A DNA stretch of 64,000 nucleotides from Candidatus Bathyarchaeia archaeon (GTDB taxonomy: Archaea; Thermoproteota; Bathyarchaeia; Bathyarchaeales; Bathycorpusculaceae), in contig JBEKOM010000003.1 in NCBI GenBank assembly GCA_049521795.1, positions 157,752 to 221,751 of the forward strand. The letters run 5' to 3'. Position 1 is the first letter of the stretch. Each line of letters starts with the position of its first letter. Shown piece by piece: positions 10,439 to 19,348 of this stretch. The notes beneath the pieces were generated by a model. That model was not told the DNA's origin, did no database searches, and saw only the letters and a list, made by a program, of their open reading frames with translations. Made by a program: the position numbers and the translations under genes.

Positions 10439-10659
10439 GAATAATACTCGAAGGCAGAAAGGTGGGCAACGGAGACGTCGCTGTCTACTTCCAAAATAGG
10501 GCTTGGTTCACGAAAAGAGGACTGAACAGACGCATAGTGCTGCATGAATTGTATCATCACTTGATTTACGTAAATGGGACGGACATGCCTCAGAGAATGG
10601 AGGAAAAAAGTGCTGATGGTTATGCTAGAGATTTTCTAAACCAATGTTTTGCCTTTTGA
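10435..10659 (+). CDS. Small HEXXH metallopeptidase-like protein (ImmA/IrrE-like, possibly a remnant)
   Basis: VLHELYHH plus E..AD.YA; ATGA overlap with upstream stop. Confidence 0.5.
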   Translation: MRIILEGRKVGNGDVAVYFQNRAWFTKRGLNRRIVLHELYHHLIYVNGTDMPQRMEEKSADGYARDFLNQCFAF

Positions 10660-10734
10660 CATCCAAAAAGTGATGGAGGAGCTGATCGGATCGACCGCAA
10701 GTATTGACCTAGTGCATTCAACCCTGCGGAGAAA

Positions 10735-11856
10735 TCATGCTTTGACCAGTGTAGCTATCTTAGTAGAATAGTTTCTGATTATGCAAGCTCCCCTGAATGG
10801 TTGCGTCTTTATGCATTTGCCGCATTTGTTGCATTTCACTGAATCAACGGTGATAGACTGGCCATCCACCTTTAAAGCCCCTCTTCTGCACAAAGATGTA
10901 CAAGCCCCGCAGGCTTTGCAGTTTATTGCCTTCTCAACAAGAACGTTGAGTCTTCTTCTGTCAATATCCTTGACTGTAATCCTCAGTTTGCTTCCAATAT
11001 GGAAGTAGTTGTCTGTAATTATTGGTAATATCTTGACTAAGCGTCTTATCTGTTCTTCGTTCTGGCCACTGAAAATCAGGTCAATCTGGTCTCTATCTGT
11101 CTGACAAGGAGAGTATAATCCTACTGAGATCTTCTTTATCGGACTAGCCCAAGCAGTCCATCCTCTTCCTGTTATGAACTTCTCTCTATCCATAACATTC
11201 ATCTTCACAGCAAAATCAGCCAAGAGCCTTTCGAATGAGCATGCTCTTTCTGGAAATATCTTCTTGATTTTCTTCCAGTCGTCGTCTGTCCTGAAGGGGC
11301 AACACCAGCATCCTATTCGATCAAAATACTTGTACAATGGATTGATGGGAAGAGAGTTGTCTTTAATATAGGTCCAGACATCGTCGTCACTCCACTCAAG
11401 AATCGGGTTTATTTGTAGGACTGGAACGAGAGGGTTATTGTCAAGCATCTTGTATCGAGATCTCTTGTTAGATTCTTTCATCCTGAGCCCAGTGACGAAT
11501 CCATATAGATCTTCACTTGCCGCGTAATTCGAAAGTGGCCCAAATTTGAAGACGTCACAACACCATCTTAGAATTCGCGAGGGAAATCCTACATGTTTTA
11601 CCATCTCAAAAAATGTGATAGGTGCACGAACAACGTCAATATCCATACCGTAGAAGGCTCCCACTTGTTCCACGAATTCCTTCGTTTCATCAAACTCAAC
11701 TGTGGTGTCACAAAAGACTGCTTTCCTTATTCCGACCCTATGTGCCAAATCCAAGGTAACTAGACTGTCCTTTCCACCTGAAAAACTCACAGCTACTTTT
11801 TTCTCGGAAATGCTTGAGAGATAGGTCAAAGCGATTTTCTCTTTCTCGACTAACAC
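10735..11856 (-). CDS. Phosphoadenosine phosphosulfate (PAPS) reductase family protein with C-terminal 4Fe-4S dicluster
   Basis: SFSGGKDS PP-loop, RWCC..FK, GLR..ES..R, NPILEW, RIGCWCCP; CKACGACTSLC and CNKCGKC. Confidence 0.9.
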   Translation of the reverse strand: MLVEKEKIALTYLSSISEKKVAVSFSGGKDSLVTLDLAHRVGIRKAVFCDTTVEFDETKEFVEQVGAFYGMDIDVVRAPITFFEMVKHVGFPSRILRWCCDVFKFGPLSNYAASEDLYGFVTGLRMKESNKRSRYKMLDNNPLVPVLQINPILEWSDDDVWTYIKDNSLPINPLYKYFDRIGCWCCPFRTDDDWKKIKKIFPERACSFERLLADFAVKMNVMDREKFITGRGWTAWASPIKKISVGLYSPCQTDRDQIDLIFSGQNEEQIRRLVKILPIITDNYFHIGSKLRITVKDIDRRRLNVLVEKAINCKACGACTSLCRRGALKVDGQSITVDSVKCNKCGKCIKTQPFRGACIIRNYSTKIATLVKA

Positions 11857-11934
11857 AATAAGTGAATTGATTACCCGGCTATAAATATCCTTGGCTCAAG
11901 GATGTAACGTGTCTGTATGAGCAAAGCTCTTATA

Positions 11935-11980
11935 GAAGACGTGAGATAAGATACGTGATACAAGAGACGTGATACGTGAA
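11935..11980 (+). promoter_or_regulatory. ACGTGA direct repeats, putative operator in divergent promoter region
   Basis: ACGTGA at 11939, 11953, 11967 (14-bp period) and 11974, just before ATG 11983; TATA-like boxes near 11880 and 11930. Confidence 0.55.
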
Positions 11981-11982
11981 CT

Positions 11983-12843
11983 ATGATCTGTATTAAATGC
12001 GGACTGAAGAAAAGCGGGAACCAAGATTTCTTTGAGTGTGATAACTGCAGAGATTTTTCGAAAATCGTCAGAACAGTTTTCGATGATATACATGAAAAAA
12101 TGGAACGAGCAGGGAGTATCGATCCAGATACTCATCCTATCCTAAGGCTGCTCGCTGATAGCTCTTTTATCACGTCAAAGAATCCTCAAACAGCAATCTT
12201 CTACAAAATCAGCGACTACATAGTTTCGAAAGCTTTTGCTGGTGTCAATGAAGTCACAGAAGATGAACTTAACCAGCATGTAACTACCACTAGGGGATGG
12301 AGTGGTGCTTTCAAGATTTTCGAGGAACTGAACCTTGTGCGTGTTCGGACCGAGAAATTCCGACGTGTTCTTGTCCTGACGGACAAAACCCGAAAATTCG
12401 CAACTCAATATCTGGGAGCTGAGCACCTTAGCGATATAGGCCTCAGAACAAGACTTGCTCATATCTACGGAGGATATGTTCTTCTTTTCATTCTATGCAA
12501 GATGGCGGATTTGTCCGTGGACAACATAGACAAAGCAACGCTTCCATATAACCAGAGACCCAGGACTTTTTGGATTACATTGATGTTCTTATGGTCAAAT
12601 GCCTACCTAGACAGTCGGACTTTCAGCGGGGAGGACCTGAGAGTATTCGTGTCGAAACGGCGCATACCTTCGACAACGAGAGGAAAAATACTAAATGCCC
12701 TTGAAGCGAAAGATGGACGCAGTACTCAAGGTCTCATAAAAGATGTGCGCATTGAAGACGGGGGCCTAACATTTGAGTTCGAGGATTATGTATTGCTGGA
12801 AATGCAAAGAATCAGAGAACTCGTGAGAGAAAGAGAACGTTAA
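11983..12843 (+). CDS. Hypothetical protein, N-terminal C4 Zn finger, probable winged-helix domains
   Basis: CIKC..CDNC; helix/wing-like segments; ends RERER; TAATG coupling to next gene. Confidence 0.75.
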   Translation: MICIKCGLKKSGNQDFFECDNCRDFSKIVRTVFDDIHEKMERAGSIDPDTHPILRLLADSSFITSKNPQTAIFYKISDYIVSKAFAGVNEVTEDELNQHVTTTRGWSGAFKIFEELNLVRVRTEKFRRVLVLTDKTRKFATQYLGAEHLSDIGLRTRLAHIYGGYVLLFILCKMADLSVDNIDKATLPYNQRPRTFWITLMFLWSNAYLDSRTFSGEDLRVFVSKRRIPSTTRGKILNALEAKDGRSTQGLIKDVRIEDGGLTFEFEDYVLLEMQRIRELVRERER

Positions 12844-13616
12844 TGGAGAGTAGTCACATGTTTGAAACGAAAGAAGCAGAAGCTGTAAGCGGAGTGACAC
12901 TTCCTGAAGTAAATCTACTGCCTGAGCTACTGCAAATCGAAGATCTAATCTCGCGAACTTGTGAATACTTTTTCAAGAGTGGATCCCCTCTGCCCAATTC
13001 TCCTTTCAAAGGTTTTCTTTTGCAGGGACCTCCCGGAACCGGGAAGACTGAAATAGTGAAGCAGGTTGCGAGGAAGCTTGACAGAAGAATGGGAAATGTG
13101 TATTGGTTATTTATCGATGGGGCTTCGATTGCAGCTCCCAAATGGGGCGATGCTGAGAAAGCGCTAAGGAATGTTTTCAAAACAGCGGAGCAATTGAGTA
13201 AGAATTACAGAAACCCGAGGTTACTTGTGCATTTCGATGACATAGAATGTCTAATGATGGCAAGAGGAGCAGAGTTGGCAAAAGAATGGCATTATTCGAT
13301 TAACTCCATCCTATTTCATGAGATCGATAGACTTGACCCAATATCCACAATAGTTTGTGGAACGACGAATAGGCCTGATTTGGTTGATGAGGCTCTTCGA
13401 GACCGGCTCTATGTGATTGAAGTTTCTCCTCCTCCTATTGAACAGCTAAAATTCGTCATAAGAGAGATTCTTGATTCGACTGGTGTGACCTCCAAGAAAG
13501 AGACAATGGAAGCGAGAGTCTTTTCCAAACTTAGAGACCTGCCCAAAGCCACAATCAGAGATGCTCGTCAGCTCACAGTTGTCGAATGTATCAAGGAGAG
13601 ACTGTGGACCGTATGA
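12843..13616 (+). CDS. Single-domain classical-clade AAA+ ATPase
   Basis: GPPGTGKT, pore loop PKWGD, Walker B VHFDDIE, second region of homology TTNRPDLVDEALRDR. Confidence 0.9.
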   Translation: MESSHMFETKEAEAVSGVTLPEVNLLPELLQIEDLISRTCEYFFKSGSPLPNSPFKGFLLQGPPGTGKTEIVKQVARKLDRRMGNVYWLFIDGASIAAPKWGDAEKALRNVFKTAEQLSKNYRNPRLLVHFDDIECLMMARGAELAKEWHYSINSILFHEIDRLDPISTIVCGTTNRPDLVDEALRDRLYVIEVSPPPIEQLKFVIREILDSTGVTSKKETMEARVFSKLRDLPKATIRDARQLTVVECIKERLWTV

Positions 13617-14002
13617 TTCCTTTAGATGAAATACCAAGATCAGGCCAACTAATCATAGCAGTTCACTTCAGCGGATATGGGCAATACTATGCCAATGAGA
13701 CAAGGAAAGCACTAATGCATTTACCTGAGAGAGCGGACGTTAAAGAAATTGGCATTGAATTCTATCCTCTAGACTACTGGCTAAAGAGGGCGATCGTGGG
13801 AAAGGAGAAGGATGAAGAACAGTATGCAACAGATGAGGCAACCTGGTACAGCACTCGAGCAGGTGGAGGCTTGTACAAGATCGGCTTCGCTGATATGACG
13901 CCTGAGAAGTTTGAGAAACTGCATATCGTTTTGAAGAAAATGCAGAAAACCTACTGGGAGAATTATGAGATACTTATTGCGAGTCAAGTTGAGGGATTTT
14001 AA
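13613..14002 (+). CDS. Hypothetical protein (129 aa)
   Basis: ATGA overlap with AAA stop; TAATG coupling downstream. Confidence 0.7.
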   Translation: MIPLDEIPRSGQLIIAVHFSGYGQYYANETRKALMHLPERADVKEIGIEFYPLDYWLKRAIVGKEKDEEQYATDEATWYSTRAGGGLYKIGFADMTPEKFEKLHIVLKKMQKTYWENYEILIASQVEGF

Positions 14003-14133
14003 TGGCAAGATTGTCTAAAGAGTTCGTTGAAAAGATAGCACTTGAGAAAACCACTACACAAAATCTCCAAGACCAAGTCGAACGAGAATTGAAAGGACTG
14101 GTAGAAGAGATTGCCACGAGGTTTGCCAAATGA
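14002..14133 (+). CDS. 43-aa amphipathic helical peptide
   Basis: MARLSKEFVEKIALEKTTTQNLQDQVERELKGLVEEIATRFAK*; fills the gap exactly with TAATG and ATGA overlaps; not in ORF track. Confidence 0.7.
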   Translation: MARLSKEFVEKIALEKTTTQNLQDQVERELKGLVEEIATRFAK

Positions 14134-16094
14134 AGGCCACACTTAGACTGAAGAATATTGGGGGCCTGAAGGAAGGAGACTACATGTTCAGATCAGACAA
14201 GCTGAACATTATCGAATCTGCCAATTCTTCTGGAAAGACTTCAATCGTCAAAGCCCTAGCTGGAATATTATCAATACCTAAGAATGGTGCCCTTTCAGAG
14301 TCTATGTTTGATGAGGCAATTAAACTTGGCATCAAGACAGATCCTCACAATCCCTTTGAAGGATTTGTGAATGTGCATGCAAGTCAAGGTCAGGCAGAGC
14401 TCGAACTTGATGGCACTAGGGAAAAGTACGTTGTTAAACAAAACGGAGATGTTATTGCAGCTCCCGAACATGGTGATGAGAGATTTCTGTTGGCTGGAGT
14501 CTTGTGCAACAACTCTCGAGTACTCAGACAATTGAGAGGACTCGATCAGAGAGAGCCAGATGACTTCAGATGGGCAGTTGAAGAACTGTCTTTTGCTCGG
14601 AAGTATTCCGACGTGGCAGAGGTTCTGAAGACTTGGAAAGAAGACTTCACTGAAAAAGAAGAGTTGATCAAGAAGAGCATTCAGGAAATGAAACCTCTTA
14701 ATGAACGCCATTCCGCCCTTCAAAAAGAGATAGAGAAACTTGATTCAAGAGTCAACAAACTAACAACTGAGCTTGCAGACACTCGTGTGGAGATCGAGAG
14801 CATAGTGAAGGATAGGGAAGAATCACTGAGAGAGATCAACCGTCTGAAAAAGGAAATGCAGGATAGAGAAGTCTTGAAGACAAGAATCACAGTAACAGAG
14901 CTTGCACCAAAGCAACGTGAGTTGGAAAAGGCAAAGGCTGTCAAGAAGGAGAATGAATCAAAACTTCAGAAAACTCGTGAGGAGATTGAGGCGTTAGAGA
15001 ACAAAGGAAGTAGAAAACAAGAGATTGAAATTGAAGTAAACAAGCTTATGGATCAACGCAATACGTTGGACGGAATTCTTAATCTCTACATTGTTGCGGA
15101 AACTAGCTTACGGGAAAAAAGGGGTGACAAGGTGCCTTGTCCGCTTTGCGAGGTCGGGTACGTAACATATCGTGGAATAACACAGCACATCACGGAATGT
15201 CGCGGCCAACGCGAATCGCTGAACTCAAGAATCTTACAGCTCAACCAAGAGAAGCAGAATATTTCAATTCAATTGACAAAGGCTCAGGAACGTGCCCAGG
15301 AATTGCGCAGCAGAATCAGAGAGCAGAGTGATCGAATAGGTTTCATCGAGAAAGACCTCAAGAAACCTGAAGATGCTGTCAGACAGATTGACAGCGTCAT
15401 CGCAGACTACAAGAGGAAATTGGAAAGTGAACAAAAGAGCTTCGGCGAGCTTGACAAGGAAGTGAGTTCCCATACAGGCAAGACGGCAAATGAGGAATTC
15501 AATGAATTGAACAAGACTCGTTCCCGAATGCATGAGGAATCGGGTCGCATTCTTGAAAGATTAAGCGAGCTTTCAGTTTTTCCAATTATGGAAACGGTCT
15601 TCGATACAAAAGTGGCAGCGCTCGTGGCCAAAGATGTTGTCGAGATACTCAAAGATAGAATCAGTCACCTTGAACAAAGGGCTGAAGAGGAAAGGGAACA
15701 GGCTGCAAGAAGATTCAATGAGAGCATCAACATTCTGTTAGCGAACCTTGGCTTCAAGGAATTCAGAACAATGAAACTCGCAGGTTCGCCAAGTTATAGA
15801 CTCTATGTAGAACGGTTTGACTCTCAGAAGAAGGACTACAAGAGCCAAGATGTTGGAACTCTTAGCACTTCAGAGAAGCTGGCAATCTCATTGATACTGC
15901 AGATGGCTCTGAAGGAGACATACATGAGAAACACGCCTTTCCTCATAGTTGATGATGTGCTAGAGGATTTTGACCCTGAAAGACGAGAGCTAGTTGTTGA
16001 ATATTTGAAAGACAAGATCTCCAAGGAAAACTGGTTCATAGTAGCAACGAAACTGGTGGAAAAACGTGGCCCTCCCACAGTCAAATATCTCTAG
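14130..16094 (+). CDS. SMC/Rad50-like ATPase with zinc hook (archaeal Sph/ClsN-like)
   Basis: LKNIGG, Walker A ANSSGKTS, long coiled coils around CPLC, signature LSTSEK, Walker B/D-loop FLIVDDVLEDFD. Confidence 0.88.
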   Translation: MKATLRLKNIGGLKEGDYMFRSDKLNIIESANSSGKTSIVKALAGILSIPKNGALSESMFDEAIKLGIKTDPHNPFEGFVNVHASQGQAELELDGTREKYVVKQNGDVIAAPEHGDERFLLAGVLCNNSRVLRQLRGLDQREPDDFRWAVEELSFARKYSDVAEVLKTWKEDFTEKEELIKKSIQEMKPLNERHSALQKEIEKLDSRVNKLTTELADTRVEIESIVKDREESLREINRLKKEMQDREVLKTRITVTELAPKQRELEKAKAVKKENESKLQKTREEIEALENKGSRKQEIEIEVNKLMDQRNTLDGILNLYIVAETSLREKRGDKVPCPLCEVGYVTYRGITQHITECRGQRESLNSRILQLNQEKQNISIQLTKAQERAQELRSRIREQSDRIGFIEKDLKKPEDAVRQIDSVIADYKRKLESEQKSFGELDKEVSSHTGKTANEEFNELNKTRSRMHEESGRILERLSELSVFPIMETVFDTKVAALVAKDVVEILKDRISHLEQRAEEEREQAARRFNESINILLANLGFKEFRTMKLAGSPSYRLYVERFDSQKKDYKSQDVGTLSTSEKLAISLILQMALKETYMRNTPFLIVDDVLEDFDPERRELVVEYLKDKISKENWFIVATKLVEKRGPPTVKYL

Positions 16095-16953
16095 AACCTC
16101 AAATGCAGGTTATCCCCAGGCGGGCGCAGGACCGCACGATAAGTGGAAACGCCAGCTATATGCTGGAAAGTGTAAGCTCTGCGGCAACAAATCGTACGGA
16201 GAACACTGCAAGCTGTGTGAATATACTCTCCTGCAAATGGATGAAATAATCAAGCTGTATTTGGAAGGGGCTCCACCTGAGGACTTGGACAACGCAGTTG
16301 TAGAGTTCGATAGGATCTACTTTAGCAATCTGAGAATAAGGACGTTCTATAATACGGCTTGCGAAGCGATCCGCTTTGTTATCGTGAATCCCAATTCGCC
16401 GCTCATACTGATGGAACCAAATTTCTCAAATATCCCAGAGCCCAAGATTCTGGCAATTCTGGAAGAAAGCAAAATAATCACAAAAAAAGAAGAGAATATA
16501 TATGCCGGACCGTTGCTCGAGAAGCTTATCAGGTTAAGACTCACTAAGTACGGAATCAGCTCCCCGGAGTTCGCAAAACAGCTCAGAATCATATATGCTG
16601 TTCTTACACTTGTAGTAACCAAGACATTGCTCAAACATGAAGAGTACATTCCGCAGATCGTCGTTGGAGTTTTCCGCGTTATTTCCGCTCATGTCGCCCG
16701 GAATTTCGATTCTGCGATGATTCCAAAGGAAATCACACGTTCGACATGGGAGGCAGGTCTGAGAGGTATGAACCCGAGAGAAGAGGTCCATCTAGAATGG
16801 GATCTACTTGGACTGACTGCAAACACCAACCCCCGCATATTCGACGACTATGATGCAGAGCTAGAGCAATTCATCTCAAAGCCTTGCATGCTCAACTACT
16901 ATGAGTATGTCCGAAACATCATCAGGGAGAGACAACTTGAGAGGGACCGCTAA
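16066..16953 (+). CDS. Hypothetical protein, C4 Zn finger, paralogue of 11983-12843
   Basis: CKLC..CKLC; collinear similarity to 11983-12843; ends RERQLERDR; exact start uncertain. Confidence 0.75.
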   Translation: MALPQSNISRTSNAGYPQAGAGPHDKWKRQLYAGKCKLCGNKSYGEHCKLCEYTLLQMDEIIKLYLEGAPPEDLDNAVVEFDRIYFSNLRIRTFYNTACEAIRFVIVNPNSPLILMEPNFSNIPEPKILAILEESKIITKKEENIYAGPLLEKLIRLRLTKYGISSPEFAKQLRIIYAVLTLVVTKTLLKHEEYIPQIVVGVFRVISAHVARNFDSAMIPKEITRSTWEAGLRGMNPREEVHLEWDLLGLTANTNPRIFDDYDAELEQFISKPCMLNYYEYVRNIIRERQLERDR

Positions 16954-17087
16954 AGAGCGAGACTACGCGCGCACACACACAAGATGAAGTTAATTGTTTG
17001 GAGCCTTGCAGTTAGAGCAATTTGTGAGTCGTTTGGAACAAAACAGTTCCACAATACGCACGCGCTGGTTGGCTGACTGAAAAGGAC

Positions 17088-17714
17088 TCATGAATGAATG
17101 ATGCGGCTGGCCACATCTGTGACGCCGTTTATCAAGAACTGTACAGCGATTGCCAAGACGATGATGGCCATTATCCGTGTGACCACATGCAAGCCTTCAG
17201 TGCCTAACCGGCCGGCAAGTCGGCCCGCGTAAGTCATCCCCACGTACGAAAGCAACACGCTCACAAGAACTGCCACAAACACGAAAGGCCACTCAAGCAG
17301 GTCGTTGGTCTGAGACATGAGCAACATCACCGTCGTGATCGAACCGGGTCCCGCAGTCAAAGGAAACGCCAGGGGTACGATCGCAACGTCCTCCAACTCC
17401 TCTCGCGTGTACTCATCCTTCCTGGGATGCAGCATCCTCATAGCGACATCAACCAACAGAATCCCGCCTGCGATCTGAAAAGCTGAAATAGTAATGTTGA
17501 AGACTGAAAACACAAGCTGCCCCGCCAGGGCAAAAAAAGCCAACACCACAAAAGAAATCTTCATGGCCTTGCCCACGATTCGCCGTTTCTCTTCAGTACT
17601 CTAGCCCTCGGTCAAACTGAGATAGATCGCAATGTTGCTGCCAGGCTCAACAACTGCGACCACAGATGTTACGGCGAGCAAAGCAAAACCTATAACCTCA
17701 AGCACCCAGACCAC
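17088..17714 (-). pseudogene. marC: MarC family membrane protein interrupted by in-frame TAG
   Basis: AFQIAGGILL, VPLAFPLTAGPGSI, RIMAIIVLAIAVQ; the frame continues upstream through TAG 17603-17601 to GTG 17714 with a MarC-like N-terminus. Confidence 0.8.
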
Positions 17715-17834
17715 GTCAGATAATCTCCATACTAAAAATTTTAAGCTTTCCTCACTCGCGCGCTAACCAGACAGACGGCTCGCCACTATGAACTTTGTTC
17801 CCACTTTACAGACCCAAGATATGAGAGCGCGCGC

Positions 17835-17913
17835 TACACACCTGTCTGCTTCTTCAAGACCTGTTACCACACAACATTACCACTGACGTTACTTCTGAAC
17901 AAAAGGGGGTCAA
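17835..17913 (+). repeat. Dispersed repeat family A, copy 1
   Basis: CCTGTCTGCTTCTTCAAGA..TGTTACCACACAACATTACCA..CGTTAC..GGGGGTC also at 37920-38020 (+) and 56378-56463 (-). Confidence 0.85.
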
Positions 17914-18190
17914 CCTCGAAATAATCCGACCTCACGAAGTCTAGCGAGCGCTATGTTTTGTGCTGGCGCAGATTCGGTTGACAGTTCTGGTTGGAGAACA
18001 AAAGCGGCGCGCTGCCTTGTCCCATTATTATGCGTGCGCACTTGAACAGCCACGTGGCCCCGCATCCAACCTGAACAGCCTCACCGTTTTCAACGATGCT
18101 TGCCAACTGGATATGCAAAGTGTATTTGCAAAACGTATATGCTCACAATTACGCACTATTCACAAATTTAGGGACAAGCCAACGCGCTGG

Positions 18191-18643
18191 TTAGGGTTGC
18201 ATTGTTCGGCGGGGCATGATTCGTTGTTGTTGCGTTGTCGTGTCAGGAAACCTGGAGTAGTGTTCGTGGACCACTTTCCATGTTGAATCTTGTTTGTTGA
18301 GGACGGATGTGACGCGTGAAGTCACGTCGAACGTCCTGTTTCTCATCACTGCCTGATAATGTATGATGAACGTGGCGATCGCTGTGTTGCCGAGAATGTT
18401 CGCTTGAAAATCCCTCAACTCGTAACTGTAGCTGGACATCACCTTGAACGCTCCGAACTCGTTCTCCAAGGCTTTCGAGCCTTCCTGCCTCTCAAAGGGC
18501 GGCCAGTCGTCAAACTTGTTGTAGTGCTCATCAACGAGAGCTTTCACCGCACCCTCATCCCTGTTCTTCATAGCGTCAAACCGACTAACTATAACACTTC
18601 TGACTTCATCCTGCGCGGATGATCCGACTGCAGTCTGTGCCAT
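18191..18643 (-). CDS. NTF2/SnoaL-like (DUF4440) protein
   Basis: GNTAIATF..RVTSVL.KQDSTWKVVHEHYS signature. Confidence 0.85.
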   Translation of the reverse strand: MAQTAVGSSAQDEVRSVIVSRFDAMKNRDEGAVKALVDEHYNKFDDWPPFERQEGSKALENEFGAFKVMSSYSYELRDFQANILGNTAIATFIIHYQAVMRNRTFDVTSRVTSVLNKQDSTWKVVHEHYSRFPDTTTQQQRIMPRRTMQP

Positions 18644-18856
18644 TTTGACACTCTCACCATAAGGCGCTTGTTCTTCTCTCTTCAAAACGCGCTGGTATCT
18701 TATGTTCCTTTCTCAAACTGGTTCTGTGAAGTCTTCGGTTGATATGGGGTTCATGTGAAAATTCGGTTGATGAATCAGAATATGTTGTAGAAACTGGAAC
18801 CCTAAGAGTTTATTAAAATGAAATATGCTTGAGCGCGCGCGAGGTCGCAAGAAATT

Positions 18857-19116
18857 GGGTCCGCCCCCTTTTGGGTTCGATTCCGTAGAGGCCTGAGCCC
18901 CTTAGGGTTCTAGTCCGACCGGAATTTTGCGCATTCTCCTCCGAACCCTTAATAGATAATAGATCTGCAGAATGGATATCATTCTTATTTCTCGGCTCTG
19001 AACCAGTTGGCCTAAGACAAAGAGAATGCTGATTACAGAATATTTGAAGTAGCGGACTCGAACCCGTTTGGGTCTAAGTCCGCTAGAAGCCTGAACGCGT
19101 TCAGGTGCTGGTCCGG
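18857..19116. repeat. REP-like hairpin repeats (GGACTCGAACCC-N4-GGGTTCGAxTCC) and a ~77-bp repeat
   Basis: Degenerate ~30-bp hairpin units at 18857-18917 and 19054-19116; 18995-19071 recurs at 25332-25408; hairpin again at 30242-30270. Confidence 0.7.
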
Positions 19117-19348
19117 GCAGTATGCTGTATGTGAGGTTTTCAGGTTTTGAAAATGTTCATGGAGTGTTGATACAGTTCGTCAGGCTCTTCCTCGCGCGCT
19201 TCGTTCCTTTGATTGGGCTAGCATCAGTTGTGTATCAAAGTAAGGCTCTCAGCACATATGGTCGCCGTTGGAAACCAGCCGCCTTTATTGCGTCTCGAAT
19301 CGCTTCGCGCGCGCTAATCGCCTGGGTTAAGAGATTAGTGTGTTGGTG

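Noticed and set aside
12843-14002. CBASS-type TRIP13 + HORMA pair
   Set aside because: The 129-aa protein shows no HORMA features I can recognise and no CD-NTase is nearby
11983-16953. Assignment to Wadjet, Lamassu, Dnd or Mre11-Rad50
   Set aside because: No recognisable JetD Toprim, DndB/DndE or Mre11 phosphoesterase; the AAA ATPase and twin Zn-finger proteins do not fit these systems
17601-17603. Genome-wide TAG recoding
   Set aside because: TAG ends many intact genes here (e.g. 886, 16094, 21728, 39523)
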